Shown: positions 18,109 through 26,710, counted from the stretch's first letter. The stretch: 28,306 nt of DNA from an uncultured Flavobacteriales bacterium (GCA_964496525.1 CAZCAD010000001.1:1-28306), one strand, 5' to 3'. Translations and numbers: made by a program. Notes: a model not told the origin generated them from the sequence alone.

Positions 18109-18151
18109 AAAGAGCGTAACAGCGGCCTAATGTTCATTGTTACGCTCTTTT
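18109..18151. terminator. Intrinsic terminator after the vWA gene
   Basis: Perfect 13-bp stem AAAGAGCGTAACA / TGTTACGCTCTTT with a 16-nt loop. Confidence 0.8.
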
Positions 18152-18191
18152 CAATTTTATCTAAAGGAGATTTTCATTATCTTTCAGAGAT

Positions 18192-18220
18192 ATCCTCGAT
18201 CCGCCTGAGGCGGACGGGAT
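18192..18220. repeat. TGA-loop mini-palindrome (TCCGCC-TGA-GGCGGA) in the 5' leader
   Basis: Perfect 6-bp GC-rich stem at 18200-18214 flanked by ATCC/GGAT, ending 12 nt before ATG 18233. Confidence 0.75.
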
Positions 18221-18232
18221 GCTTGAAACATA

Positions 18233-20761
18233 ATGGATAATTTGAAATCCTTACTACTCTCTCTTATCATTACGCTGCTTGGGTCTGTCTCTCATGCAAC
18301 AACCTATATCGTGTGCTCCATCGCTGACTCAGGGCCGGGAACATTTCGTCAGGCGATTCTTAATGCAAATAATTCTGTTGGTATTGATACGGTCCGATTC
18401 AGCACAACTCTCGACGGCAGTATAATCGAAGTCAGCTCCGGTTCGTGTGTCGTAACGGAGGAGATTCACATCGTCGGAAATGGGATTGCAAATACCATTA
18501 TTGATGGATTTTCGCTGAGTGAGATTTTGGAGACATCAACCGATGGTTCCAACATTTATATTCGACATCTGACCATGCAAAATTCGCTGAATCAAGCACT
18601 CATGTGCAATGCGGATGCAGTCCTGGATGTCAGATACTGCCAATTTCAAAACAACTCATCTGTCACCGAAGATGGTGCCTGCATCTGGTACAGCTCATCT
18701 ACCGACTCAGCATATATCGACCATTGTATTTTTGACTCGAACAATGCTTTCCAGGGCGCGGCAATCAATCACCAGGGCAGTTATATGCTCATACTTAACT
18801 CTACTTTTTCTAACAATGTTGCGTCTGAAAATGGAGGCGCGATGAAACTCTCCGGAGACATCACCGAAGTAACAAACTGTACATTCTCAAATAATTCTGC
18901 ACAATATGGTGGCGCGATTAAGGACTTTAATCTTACTCCGGGCAGCTATTTCCTAAATTGCACATTCAGCAATAACGTTGCCACAGTTGAGGGAGGGGCT
19001 TTTCATACCGGAACTGATATTATTTTCAATACAAAGTTCTCCATGTATAACTGCATTGTCTTCGGCAATACAGCTCCTCAGGGTGGTGATATCTGGAACG
19101 GTTTCGGCTTTGTAGGAACATATGAGTTCAACATTGTTGGGGATTGTTATAGCGATGCCTCTGTTTGTCCGGTGTGGTTTTCCACGTCCGATCCTCTTCT
19201 TGACGCCGCCGGTTTACAAGATAATGGCGGCTTTACTCAAACAATCAAGCTGTTGGCCGGGAGCCCGGCAATTGATAATGGATTGTCAGTCGGAATTCCT
19301 GCATCATTCACAGACCAGCGAAATAAAGGCCGCTGCCCTACTCCGGATATTGGTGCCCTGGAGAGTAATACCGCTCTTGGAACTCCATCTGCCTTTTCAA
19401 TAACTGAGTGCACCACTTATACCGTTCCCAGTGGTGACTCGACCTATTCAATCAGTGGAGTTTATACGGATACCATTCCTGCTGCCTCCGGATGCGATAG
19501 CGTAATGACGATTACCTTGACGATTACGCCGGCAACATTCAACACGATCGTGGCCTCTTCTTGTGGCAGCTATACAGTCCCCAGTGGGAATGAAACTTAT
19601 GTCTGTTCGGGAACCTTTAACGATACCATCCCAAATTCAGGCGGTTGCGACAGCATTCTGACAATTAACCTGACCATTATTCCAAATACCTCCAGCTCCT
19701 TTTCAGTGAATGACTGCTCTACTTACACAGTTCCGAGCGGTGATGAAACTTATACGACTTCAGGAATTTATACAGACACGATACCGAATGCCACAGGATG
19801 TGATAGTATTATGACCATCGACGTGTCTATTAATGCGAATAGCAGTGCCTATCCGGTGGTTAGCTGTGATTCCTACACGGTGCCAAGTGGTGATGAAACC
19901 TATTTTATATCAGGAGTTCATACAGATACTATTCTAAACGCTGCAGGTTGTGATAGTATAATGCTCATTACCATGACAATTCTCAATTCAACAACAAACT
20001 CCTTCTCAGTTTCTCAGTGCAACCCTTACATTGTTCCAAGCGGTGATGAAACTTATACAACGACAGGTATCTATATGGACACTATTCCTAATTCTGTTGG
20101 ATGCGACAGTATTCTCACAATTGACTTAACCATCGACTTTCTTGACTCTTCTTTTGCCGATACGGCCTGCTACCAATATACCGTCCCAAGTGGTGACGAA
20201 ACTTATTACGCCTCGGGAGTTTATACCGATACGATCATCGGAACGGCCGGCTGTGACAGCGTTTTGACCATTTCTGTTACGATTAAATCAGCCTACACAG
20301 GAATGAGCGTATCAGGATCAACTTATACCGCTCTCGCCTCCCCTGCAACTTATCAGTGGGTGCAATGTCCGGCAATGACGCCAATAATCGGTGAAACGAA
20401 TCAAACCTTTACAGCACCTCCAGAGGGCGGAACTTTTGCCGTAATAGTCATGGAAAATGGCTGTACCGATACTTCAGTTTGTTACAACATCAATAGTATT
20501 GGTGTTGCCGAAATTCCGGACGATAGAATACTCAAACTCTATCCGAACCCAACTAATGGAGATTTTAGAATTTTGCTTGACCGCAGCTACACAGATATTA
20601 AAGCCATGATTTATGACGTGCGATCACGTCTTGTCCTCACCAAATCATTTTACAATGTCAATGAAATTGATTTCAATACTAATCTCGAAACAGGAATGTA
20701 TACTGTCATCCTCTTGATCGACGATGAGTTGGGTCGACCTCTCAAAATTATGATTGAATAA
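18233..20761 (+). CDS. T9SS type-A cargo: CSLREA-like domain, Pmp-like beta-helix, choice-of-anchor Q-like domain, six GCDS repeats, Ig-like domain, CTD (842 aa)
   Basis: Signal peptide, DSGPGTFRQAI, FSNN..GGAI/GGAM/GGAF repeats, DPLLD..QDNGGFTQTIKLLAGSPAIDNG..DQR..DIGALE, and CTD LYPNPTNG..NLETGMYTV. Confidence 0.9.
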   Translation: MDNLKSLLLSLIITLLGSVSHATTYIVCSIADSGPGTFRQAILNANNSVGIDTVRFSTTLDGSIIEVSSGSCVVTEEIHIVGNGIANTIIDGFSLSEILETSTDGSNIYIRHLTMQNSLNQALMCNADAVLDVRYCQFQNNSSVTEDGACIWYSSSTDSAYIDHCIFDSNNAFQGAAINHQGSYMLILNSTFSNNVASENGGAMKLSGDITEVTNCTFSNNSAQYGGAIKDFNLTPGSYFLNCTFSNNVATVEGGAFHTGTDIIFNTKFSMYNCIVFGNTAPQGGDIWNGFGFVGTYEFNIVGDCYSDASVCPVWFSTSDPLLDAAGLQDNGGFTQTIKLLAGSPAIDNGLSVGIPASFTDQRNKGRCPTPDIGALESNTALGTPSAFSITECTTYTVPSGDSTYSISGVYTDTIPAASGCDSVMTITLTITPATFNTIVASSCGSYTVPSGNETYVCSGTFNDTIPNSGGCDSILTINLTIIPNTSSSFSVNDCSTYTVPSGDETYTTSGIYTDTIPNATGCDSIMTIDVSINANSSAYPVVSCDSYTVPSGDETYFISGVHTDTILNAAGCDSIMLITMTILNSTTNSFSVSQCNPYIVPSGDETYTTTGIYMDTIPNSVGCDSILTIDLTIDFLDSSFADTACYQYTVPSGDETYYASGVYTDTIIGTAGCDSVLTISVTIKSAYTGMSVSGSTYTALASPATYQWVQCPAMTPIIGETNQTFTAPPEGGTFAVIVMENGCTDTSVCYNINSIGVAEIPDDRILKLYPNPTNGDFRILLDRSYTDIKAMIYDVRSRLVLTKSFYNVNEIDFNTNLETGMYTVILLIDDELGRPLKIMIE
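19382..20284 (+). repeat. Six tandem ~50-aa GCDS repeats (intragenic)
   Basis: Consensus CxxYTVPSGDETYxxSGxYxDTIPNxxGCDS(I/V)xTIxxTI; 903 nt over 6 units. Confidence 0.95.
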
Positions 20762-20780
20762 ATTCTTAACTTTAAGAATC

Positions 20781-23147
20781 ATGAAAATTACTCTTCTTAC
20801 TCTCTCGATTTTACTTGCCTGCGGCCTTGCACAGGCAGCAACATTTACCGTAACATCCACTGCAGATGCCGGTGCAGGCACTTTTCGCCAGGCGGTTATT
20901 GATGCGAACGCTTCCGCCGGTATTGACGATATTGTTTTTTCCTCCGGAACTGATGGATTTCCAATACTTGTTACCACCGGTCCGTGCGTCGTAACAGAAT
21001 CTGTAAACATTACCGGTAACGGAATATCAAATACCGTAATTACAGGCAGTGGTCTGAGCAGAATCCTTGAAATTACAACTGACGGAGTTCGATTATGGGT
21101 AGAAGATCTTTCTATTACAAATGCGGTAAATTCGGCTGTTTTTGTCAATGCTGCCTCCGGCGCGAATTTTACTAATTGTGTCTTCGCACTTAATAATGCC
21201 GGTGCCGGAAACGGTGGAGCAATTCAATTCATAGGCACATCTTCTGCGGACACCTGTCGGCTAATGTACTGCACCTTAGACCTCAACGGTGCCAATAACG
21301 GAGCAGGAATTGCTTTGGAATCAGGAAGACTGTTTATATACAACAGTACTATTTCAAATAACACAGCCACTGGCCAAGGTGGAGGTCTCTGGGCAAACGG
21401 CGGATTTTGTCACGCTAAAAACTCAACATTCTCTGATAATAGTGCGGATATGGGCGGCGGAATCTATGATGATTTGTTAGGGCTTGGAAGTTATTTCGTC
21501 AACTGTACTGTAGCGAATAATAATGGAACTTCCGAAGGTGGTGGTATTCACTCCGGCGGAACAACATCCGTCTCGCAGTTCTCGGTTTACAATTGCATTT
21601 TTGGAGATAATATCTCAGCAAGCGGTGCTGACATGCATCTTTATGGAGCTTTTTTTGGATCATTTCAATTCAATATTGTCGAAAGTTGTGTTAATGTAAC
21701 AGGCTTATGTCCTGTTTGGTTTAGCACAGCCGATCCTCTTCTTGACCCGGCAGGTCTTGTGGACAATGGGGGCGTGACATTAACAATTGCACTAATGCCC
21801 GGAAGTCCGGCAGTCGATAACGGCGACTCCCCTTTCACGGTTTATTTGGATCAGATCGATCAGCTAAGATGTCCTAACGTTGATATTGGAGCCTTTGAAT
21901 CGAACCCCGGCACAAATACAACTTCAGCTTTTCCCGTTTCAACCTGCACAGATTATACGGTTCCAAGCGGAGACGAAACTTATACGGTAAGTGCTGTCGT
22001 CATGGACACTATTCCCAATTCAGGAGGATGCGACAGTATTATGACGATTACAATGACGATTAATCCAGCCGAAACTTCAACATTCAGTGCTAATGCCTGT
22101 GCAAGTTATACGGTTCCTTCCGGAGATGAAACTTATACAGTTGCGGGCACTTATATGGATACAATTCCAGCCTTTGATGGCTGTGACAGCATCATGACGA
22201 TTAACCTTTCTATCGATAATACAAGCAGTTCGTACAGCGACATAGGATGTCCGACCTACACTGTTCCAAGTGGTGATGAAACCTACGGCGTACCCGGGGT
22301 TTATAACGATACGATTCCAAACGCCGCCGGATGCGATAGTATTATGACGATAACGGTTGCAATTGGCGCTTCTTCAACGAATTCATTTTCCGTATTTGAC
22401 TGCGCTACTTACACAGTTCCGTCGGGTGATGAAACTTACACTTCGAGCGGAGTATTTAATGATACCATACCAAACGCCTCAGGTTGCGATTCGGTAATGA
22501 CCATTACGGTCGATATAGGAAATTCGACCAGTACGCTGACCCTCACTGAATGTAAAACCTACACCACGCCAAGTGGCAATGAGACGTTTACAATCGCAGG
22601 AATATACAACACCATGGACACCATTCCGAATGCTGCCGGATGTGACAGCATCATAACCATTAACCTTACGCTAAATGTTGTAAACTTTGGGATGAACCTC
22701 GCGGGAGGTGTTTACACTTCATTTGCTACGGGAGCCGTTTATCAATGGATCGATTGTGCAACAATGACGGATATTCCGGGTGAAACCAATCAATCATTTA
22801 CACCGACGGTCAATGGTGATTATGCCGTAGTTGTTACAGAAAACGGTTGTACAGACACTTCTGCATGTATCGAAATTCTGGACGTTGGAATTGATGAAAA
22901 CGATTTCTCATCGCTAACCAAACTTTATCCGAATCCATCAGGTGGTGAATTTAGCATTATCCTGCCTGCAAAATATGAGAAAATTGAATTGAAGATTTAT
23001 AATTCAATTGGAGAATTGATCGTAGAAAAGACGTACTCGGATATTCAACAAATAGGGCAAAATCTTCAGTCAGAACCGGGATTCTACTTAATTGAGCTAC
23101 GGACTCCGGATAATCAGGTGGCACGATTGAATATTGTGCTTGAATAA
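20781..23147 (+). CDS. T9SS type-A cargo, tandem paralog of 18233 with five GCDS repeats (788 aa; track start 20754 is TTG)
   Basis: Signal peptide MKITLLTLSILLACGLAQA-A, DAGAGTFRQAV, GGAI/GGGL/GGGI repeats, CPVWFSTADPLLD shared with the paralog, and CTD LYPNPSGG..IYNSIGE..PGFYLIEL..LNIVLE. Confidence 0.9.
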   Translation: MKITLLTLSILLACGLAQAATFTVTSTADAGAGTFRQAVIDANASAGIDDIVFSSGTDGFPILVTTGPCVVTESVNITGNGISNTVITGSGLSRILEITTDGVRLWVEDLSITNAVNSAVFVNAASGANFTNCVFALNNAGAGNGGAIQFIGTSSADTCRLMYCTLDLNGANNGAGIALESGRLFIYNSTISNNTATGQGGGLWANGGFCHAKNSTFSDNSADMGGGIYDDLLGLGSYFVNCTVANNNGTSEGGGIHSGGTTSVSQFSVYNCIFGDNISASGADMHLYGAFFGSFQFNIVESCVNVTGLCPVWFSTADPLLDPAGLVDNGGVTLTIALMPGSPAVDNGDSPFTVYLDQIDQLRCPNVDIGAFESNPGTNTTSAFPVSTCTDYTVPSGDETYTVSAVVMDTIPNSGGCDSIMTITMTINPAETSTFSANACASYTVPSGDETYTVAGTYMDTIPAFDGCDSIMTINLSIDNTSSSYSDIGCPTYTVPSGDETYGVPGVYNDTIPNAAGCDSIMTITVAIGASSTNSFSVFDCATYTVPSGDETYTSSGVFNDTIPNASGCDSVMTITVDIGNSTSTLTLTECKTYTTPSGNETFTIAGIYNTMDTIPNAAGCDSIITINLTLNVVNFGMNLAGGVYTSFATGAVYQWIDCATMTDIPGETNQSFTPTVNGDYAVVVTENGCTDTSACIEILDVGIDENDFSSLTKLYPNPSGGEFSIILPAKYEKIELKIYNSIGELIVEKTYSDIQQIGQNLQSEPGFYLIELRTPDNQVARLNIVLE
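21918..22673 (+). repeat. Five tandem ~50-aa GCDS repeats (intragenic)
   Basis: Same consensus as 19382-20284; 756 nt over 5 units. Confidence 0.95.
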
Positions 23148-23177
23148 TCTTGACCAGGACTTTGCAGCTTTTGCCCA

Positions 23178-23690
23178 CTAAAACCGTGAGTTCATCACTG
23201 ATTCAAATTCTCCCAGATTCTCCCAATTCTGACTATAGATTTGATCCACTAATTCTTCTAATCTTGGATTGAAATCGGTGCCAAAACTATTCGCATCGAT
23301 AAAAGCAACTCCTTCCTTAAAAGAATTGAACATACTTCTGTAGAAACTTTCCTGTTTAATTCTCTTTTCTGAATTAGAGAGCGTTGCAACTTCCAAATTA
23401 TATAACATTAGGTCGCAGGTTCTTTTTGGATCAACACCAAGTTTTAAAAAGTTTTTTATATGCTTTTGTCCAACGGAACGTCGTTTCTTTGGCTTGCGGT
23501 TTTTTGGTGGGAAATACTCTTTGTAAATCTTGAACTTGGCTTCATCCAGCATCTTGTCCTCTTTGGGATTGAATACAAAATCATAAAATTCTCTGACCTC
23601 TTTCAAGCGATCGTAAAGCTCGAGGACTTGCTGCTGTAGTTCCTTCTTTGTCAAATCATTCAAGTATTTGCCCAGCGCTTTCTTACTCAT
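23178..23690 (-). CDS. Conserved Bacteroidota hypothetical protein (DUF6155-like), 170 aa
   Basis: MSKKALGKYL..LYD..VREFYDFVFNPKEDKML..KI.KEYFP..KPK.RRSV.QK matches that family as recalled; not searched. Confidence 0.75.
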   Translation of the reverse strand: MSKKALGKYLNDLTKKELQQQVLELYDRLKEVREFYDFVFNPKEDKMLDEAKFKIYKEYFPPKNRKPKKRRSVGQKHIKNFLKLGVDPKRTCDLMLYNLEVATLSNSEKRIKQESFYRSMFNSFKEGVAFIDANSFGTDFNPRLEELVDQIYSQNWENLGEFESVMNSRF

Positions 23691-23695
23691 TTCTT

Positions 23696-23712
23696 CAAAG
23701 ATAATTACTTTG
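23696..23712. promoter_or_regulatory. Back-to-back divergent -7 boxes (TATCTTTG minus, TTACTTTG plus)
   Basis: CAAAGATA-A-TTACTTTG lies in a 26-bp gap between divergent ATGs at 23690 and 23717. Confidence 0.6.
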
Positions 23713-23716
23713 TCAG

Positions 23717-24700
23717 ATGGTTTCGATCATCATGCCGGTCAAAAACGCTTCACCATTTTTAGTGATGTGTCTTGATTCTTTTCTCAATCAAACCCATCAG
23801 GATTGGGAGCTGATTGCCGTTAATGATCATTCAACCGACGACTCTTCCAAAATTCTTGATTCGTATTCCGCTAAGGACGAACGAATTACTGTTCTCCATA
23901 ACACCGGCGGAGGAATTATAGATGCATTATCCCTGGGGTACAAAAGCTCATCAGGTGACTATATCAGTCGAATGGATGCCGATGATATTATGGTCGATCG
24001 AAAGATTGAGGCTTTATGGTTGTCATTTAAAGGCGATTCGCATGAGCATGTAGCAACGGGCATGGTAAATTATTTTGGCGATGGAGATGAATTGGGTCCG
24101 GGTTATCGGCGTTACGAGCAATGGCTGGCGGAGCTTTGTCGGAACAATCGGCATTATAAAGAGATTTATAAGGAGTGTGTGATTCCGTCACCCTGTTGGA
24201 TGATGAAAAGAGAAACGTTTGATCGTATCGGTGGATTTGAGGTCTCCGTTTATCCGGAAGATTACGATCTGGTTTTTAGATTGTATAAACATCAAATTGA
24301 AGTTAAGCCAATCGTACGGTTATTACATTATTGGAGGGATCACGCCAATCGAGCTTCCAGAACCGATGAGAACTATGCGGACAACTCTTTCCTGGAGATG
24401 AAGATTCGATATTTTCTCGAACTGGATTACGATTCGTCGCGAACTTTGACATTATGGGGGGCGGGAAAAAAGGGTAAGAGAGCAGCTCAACTACTGTTGG
24501 GTGAGAAAATTGACTTTGACTGGATTTGCGAAAATCCCAATAAGATAGGAAAGGAGATTTACGGCAAAGTTTTGCACGGCCTTGATGGAATTAATGAATC
24601 TTCACAGTTGATTATCCTGGTTGCAAATCCAAAAGACCAAGAAGATATTCGAAAGCGATTGGCCAAGACCCAAAATATTCAGGCGTTTTGGTTCTGCTAA
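23717..24700 (+). CDS. Glycosyltransferase family 2, 327 aa
   Basis: VSIIMPVKNA, WELIAVNDHSTD, YISRMDADD (DxD), and EDYDL motif. Confidence 0.92.
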   Translation: MVSIIMPVKNASPFLVMCLDSFLNQTHQDWELIAVNDHSTDDSSKILDSYSAKDERITVLHNTGGGIIDALSLGYKSSSGDYISRMDADDIMVDRKIEALWLSFKGDSHEHVATGMVNYFGDGDELGPGYRRYEQWLAELCRNNRHYKEIYKECVIPSPCWMMKRETFDRIGGFEVSVYPEDYDLVFRLYKHQIEVKPIVRLLHYWRDHANRASRTDENYADNSFLEMKIRYFLELDYDSSRTLTLWGAGKKGKRAAQLLLGEKIDFDWICENPNKIGKEIYGKVLHGLDGINESSQLIILVANPKDQEDIRKRLAKTQNIQAFWFC

Positions 24701-24830
24701 GGGATGGGTAGGGAATAAGTTGAGCGGAATTGGCGAAATTATCTTGTGCTTTTACAATCCAAAAAAAGATGAGAGATTTGAAGAGGAATTGAGTTGTAGT
24801 AGCTGACCCCCCACTATCCAAGGGCTAAAT

Positions 24831-24868
24831 AAAAAGAGCTTTCCGACTGAGTCGGAAAAGCTCCTTTT
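24831..24868. terminator. Bidirectional terminator between convergent units, capped by TCCGAC-TGA-GTCGGA
   Basis: AAAAAGAGCTTTCCGAC / GTCGGAAAAGCTCCTTTT with T-tracts on both strands. Confidence 0.8.
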
Positions 24869-24971
24869 AAAACCACATAAATAAATGTTTTACATCAAGC
24901 GAAACTGCCTATGTAATAACCTTTACGTATCCAATAACGGATGAGTTTCAAATAGTTACAACAAACAGTTA

Positions 24972-25121
24972 TTACTCTTCCAAATCCTTTCTAAGCCTTC
25001 TCTCCACCTCCATTTCCTCAACTATCTGTTTTGACTTTTGATTCTGTTTGTGATCTGACCATATCTACGTCCCGACCGCGGTTACTCCAAAAAGAGAAAT
25101 CAATACGAGTATTTCAAACAT
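24972..25121 (-). pseudogene. Small single-TM protein ORF (49 codons) interrupted by an in-frame TAG
   Basis: MFEILVLISLFGVTAVGT*IWSDHKQNQKSKQIVEEMEVERRLRKDLEE* with TAG at 25065-25067. A-rich initiation context 26 nt after the lipocalin stop. Not in the ORF track. Confidence 0.45.
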
Positions 25122-25147
25122 GATTTTTTCAAAACTTTATGAATTTC

Positions 25148-25540
25148 CTACATCTTGTCAAACTTAATGTTGACGGTTCCGCTTACACCGGTGATTTCTT
25201 GAGTATAACTAACCTTCAAGGTTTTTTCAGTCAACTTTTTAATTTGCCAGTTTTCTGTCACGCCCGAAGTATAATCGATAATTATCTCGCTGTTGTCATT
25301 GGAAAGTGAGTAAGTAGCATCGGTGGTACTAACATCTGTAATTGAAATACTCGTGTCGTTTGAAATATTCCAAACGATAGTTTCCTCATAAGTCTGTTTA
25401 TCTGCGGCTTCACCGGTCGCCTTCAGAACAATCTGGTAAGAATCTGCCGTCCAGCCTCCCATAATTAAGTTTGGGTATTCTTCCTTGGAGCAAGCATACG
25501 CCAAAAGAATCGTGATAATAAATAATACTGATCTCTTCAT
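25148..25540 (-). CDS. Lipocalin-like domain lipoprotein, 130 aa
   Basis: Lipobox AYA-C followed by SKEE. LIMGGWTADSY at the N-terminus and WQIKKLTEKTLKVSY near the C-terminus, typical of Bacteroidota lipocalin-like lipoproteins. Confidence 0.7.
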   Translation of the reverse strand: MKRSVLFIITILLAYACSKEEYPNLIMGGWTADSYQIVLKATGEAADKQTYEETIVWNISNDTSISITDVSTTDATYSLSNDNSEIIIDYTSGVTENWQIKKLTEKTLKVSYTQEITGVSGTVNIKFDKM

Positions 25541-26089
25541 CTACGCTCTTTCAAATTCACAGCGATCTTCTGTTAAAGTGGCCAGAATTTCTTCATGACT
25601 CACCGACTTTTCATCTGTTCCCAACTCTTCGCGAATTTGCTCTCTGTGTCGTTTCAAGACTTTTGCGTCATAAAATCTTCTTGCATCCTCTTCATTCTCC
25701 AGAATTAAATGCGGAACGGTTCGGGTCGTTCCATCATCATTTTTGGCAACCATCGTGAAATAACAAGAGTTTGTGTGTTTCTCAACTCCGGTTTTCGGCT
25801 TTAAGGAAGTGACTCTAATTCCAATTATCATCGAACTGTTTCCAACATAATTGATTGATGCCGAAAGAGAGACGAGTTCCCCCACTGACACCGGTTGCCT
25901 AAATTCAACTCCATCAACTGAAACGGTAACGCAATATGAGCCGGAATGTTTGGCAGCGCATACATAAGCTACCTTATCCATTAAGGAAAGTAATATCCCT
26001 CCATGCACCTTTCCTGAAAAATTTGCGGCTGATGGAATCATCAATTCTGTAATTGTCGTTTGTGAGGATTTTACCGTTTTTCCTTCCAT
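25541..26089 (-). CDS. Acyl-CoA thioesterase (HotDog, YciA-like), 182 aa
   Basis: ANFSGKVHGGILLSLMDKVAY, CVTVSVDGVEFRQPVSVGELV, NYVGNSSM and YFTMVA. Confidence 0.92.
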   Translation of the reverse strand: MEGKTVKSSQTTITELMIPSAANFSGKVHGGILLSLMDKVAYVCAAKHSGSYCVTVSVDGVEFRQPVSVGELVSLSASINYVGNSSMIIGIRVTSLKPKTGVEKHTNSCYFTMVAKNDDGTTRTVPHLILENEEDARRFYDAKVLKRHREQIREELGTDEKSVSHEEILATLTEDRCEFERA

Positions 26090-26093
26090 AATT

Positions 26094-26564
26094 TCATTTT
26101 GTTCGTTCAGAGTGAGCCAATGCCAGCATTTTAAATAATTCGCCTTGACTGATTTGAAATCCCTTAGTAGTCATTTCAAAAATCTCTTTTTCCCTTGCAA
26201 TGTGATATTCACGTTCGGTCCGGTGCAGCGAAAGAGAATCTATATGTTCATTGAGGTCAATTTCCTCCGTCAGATCCAACGATCCATTTTCTGTAGATAG
26301 CGCAAACATAATGAGTTTCTTATCAAGGCATTGAACAGCTTGCAAATAGGATTTTGACCTAAACTCCAAAAATTTAGTCCGTCTCAGAATCCCCTCCAGA
26401 ACAGTATCGCTAAATAAATTCAGAATTTTTGTGGCAGTTTCATTCTCTTCTTCCTTCAACCTTTCCCAATTCTCCGCCGTAATTCCATTGACAACAAGAT
26501 ATTTGACAAATTCATCATGAAATTCCTCCAACTCCTCATCAGTTAGGAGGCGGTACTTAACCAT
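26094..26564 (-). CDS. Conserved Bacteroidota hypothetical protein (DUF6495-like), 156 aa (track start 26600)
   Basis: KYRLLTDEELEEFHDEFVKYL..NGIT..WE.LK..FSD.VLEGIL matches that family as recalled. The ATG 26564 start avoids overlap with the divergent gene. Confidence 0.75.
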   Translation of the reverse strand: MVKYRLLTDEELEEFHDEFVKYLVVNGITAENWERLKEEENETATKILNLFSDTVLEGILRRTKFLEFRSKSYLQAVQCLDKKLIMFALSTENGSLDLTEEIDLNEHIDSLSLHRTEREYHIAREKEIFEMTTKGFQISQGELFKMLALAHSERTK

Positions 26565-26710
26565 ATATCCATATGCCAACTTATCCAAGGTCATTTTCAA
26601 CTATACATTGCATCACCCAAAGGCCAAACGAAATGTTCATAAATGAAAGAAAGGATGCTGAGTTCAAACTATTTATTGCTTATTTTCGTGAATGTAAGAA
26701 ATTGCTTAGG

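Noticed and set aside
20645-21148. 167-aa antisense ORF, with similar shadows at 10886..11323, 15680..16027, 8091..8468, 9390..9734 and 3360..3710
   Set aside because: They lie opposite well-supported genes, carry no motifs, and are explained by the codon bias of the sense gene.
19382-22673. CRISPR-like or DNA-level tandem repeat array
   Set aside because: The ~150-nt periodicity is an in-frame protein repeat with synonymous divergence; there is no repeat-spacer structure or cas gene.
24612-24821. Short ORFs 24621..24806 (+) and 24612..24821 (-)
   Set aside because: They overlap the GT2 3' end and have no recognisable motif or good initiation context.
24893-24950. Hammerhead-like core (GAAA ... 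CGGAUGA)
   Set aside because: The conserved CUGA is CGGA, and stems I and III cannot form in the required topology.
25065-25067. Genome-wide TAG recoding as the explanation for the in-frame amber
   Set aside because: TAG terminates clear genes in this window (rpoD, 10854..12557, 14806..15594), so the standard code applies.
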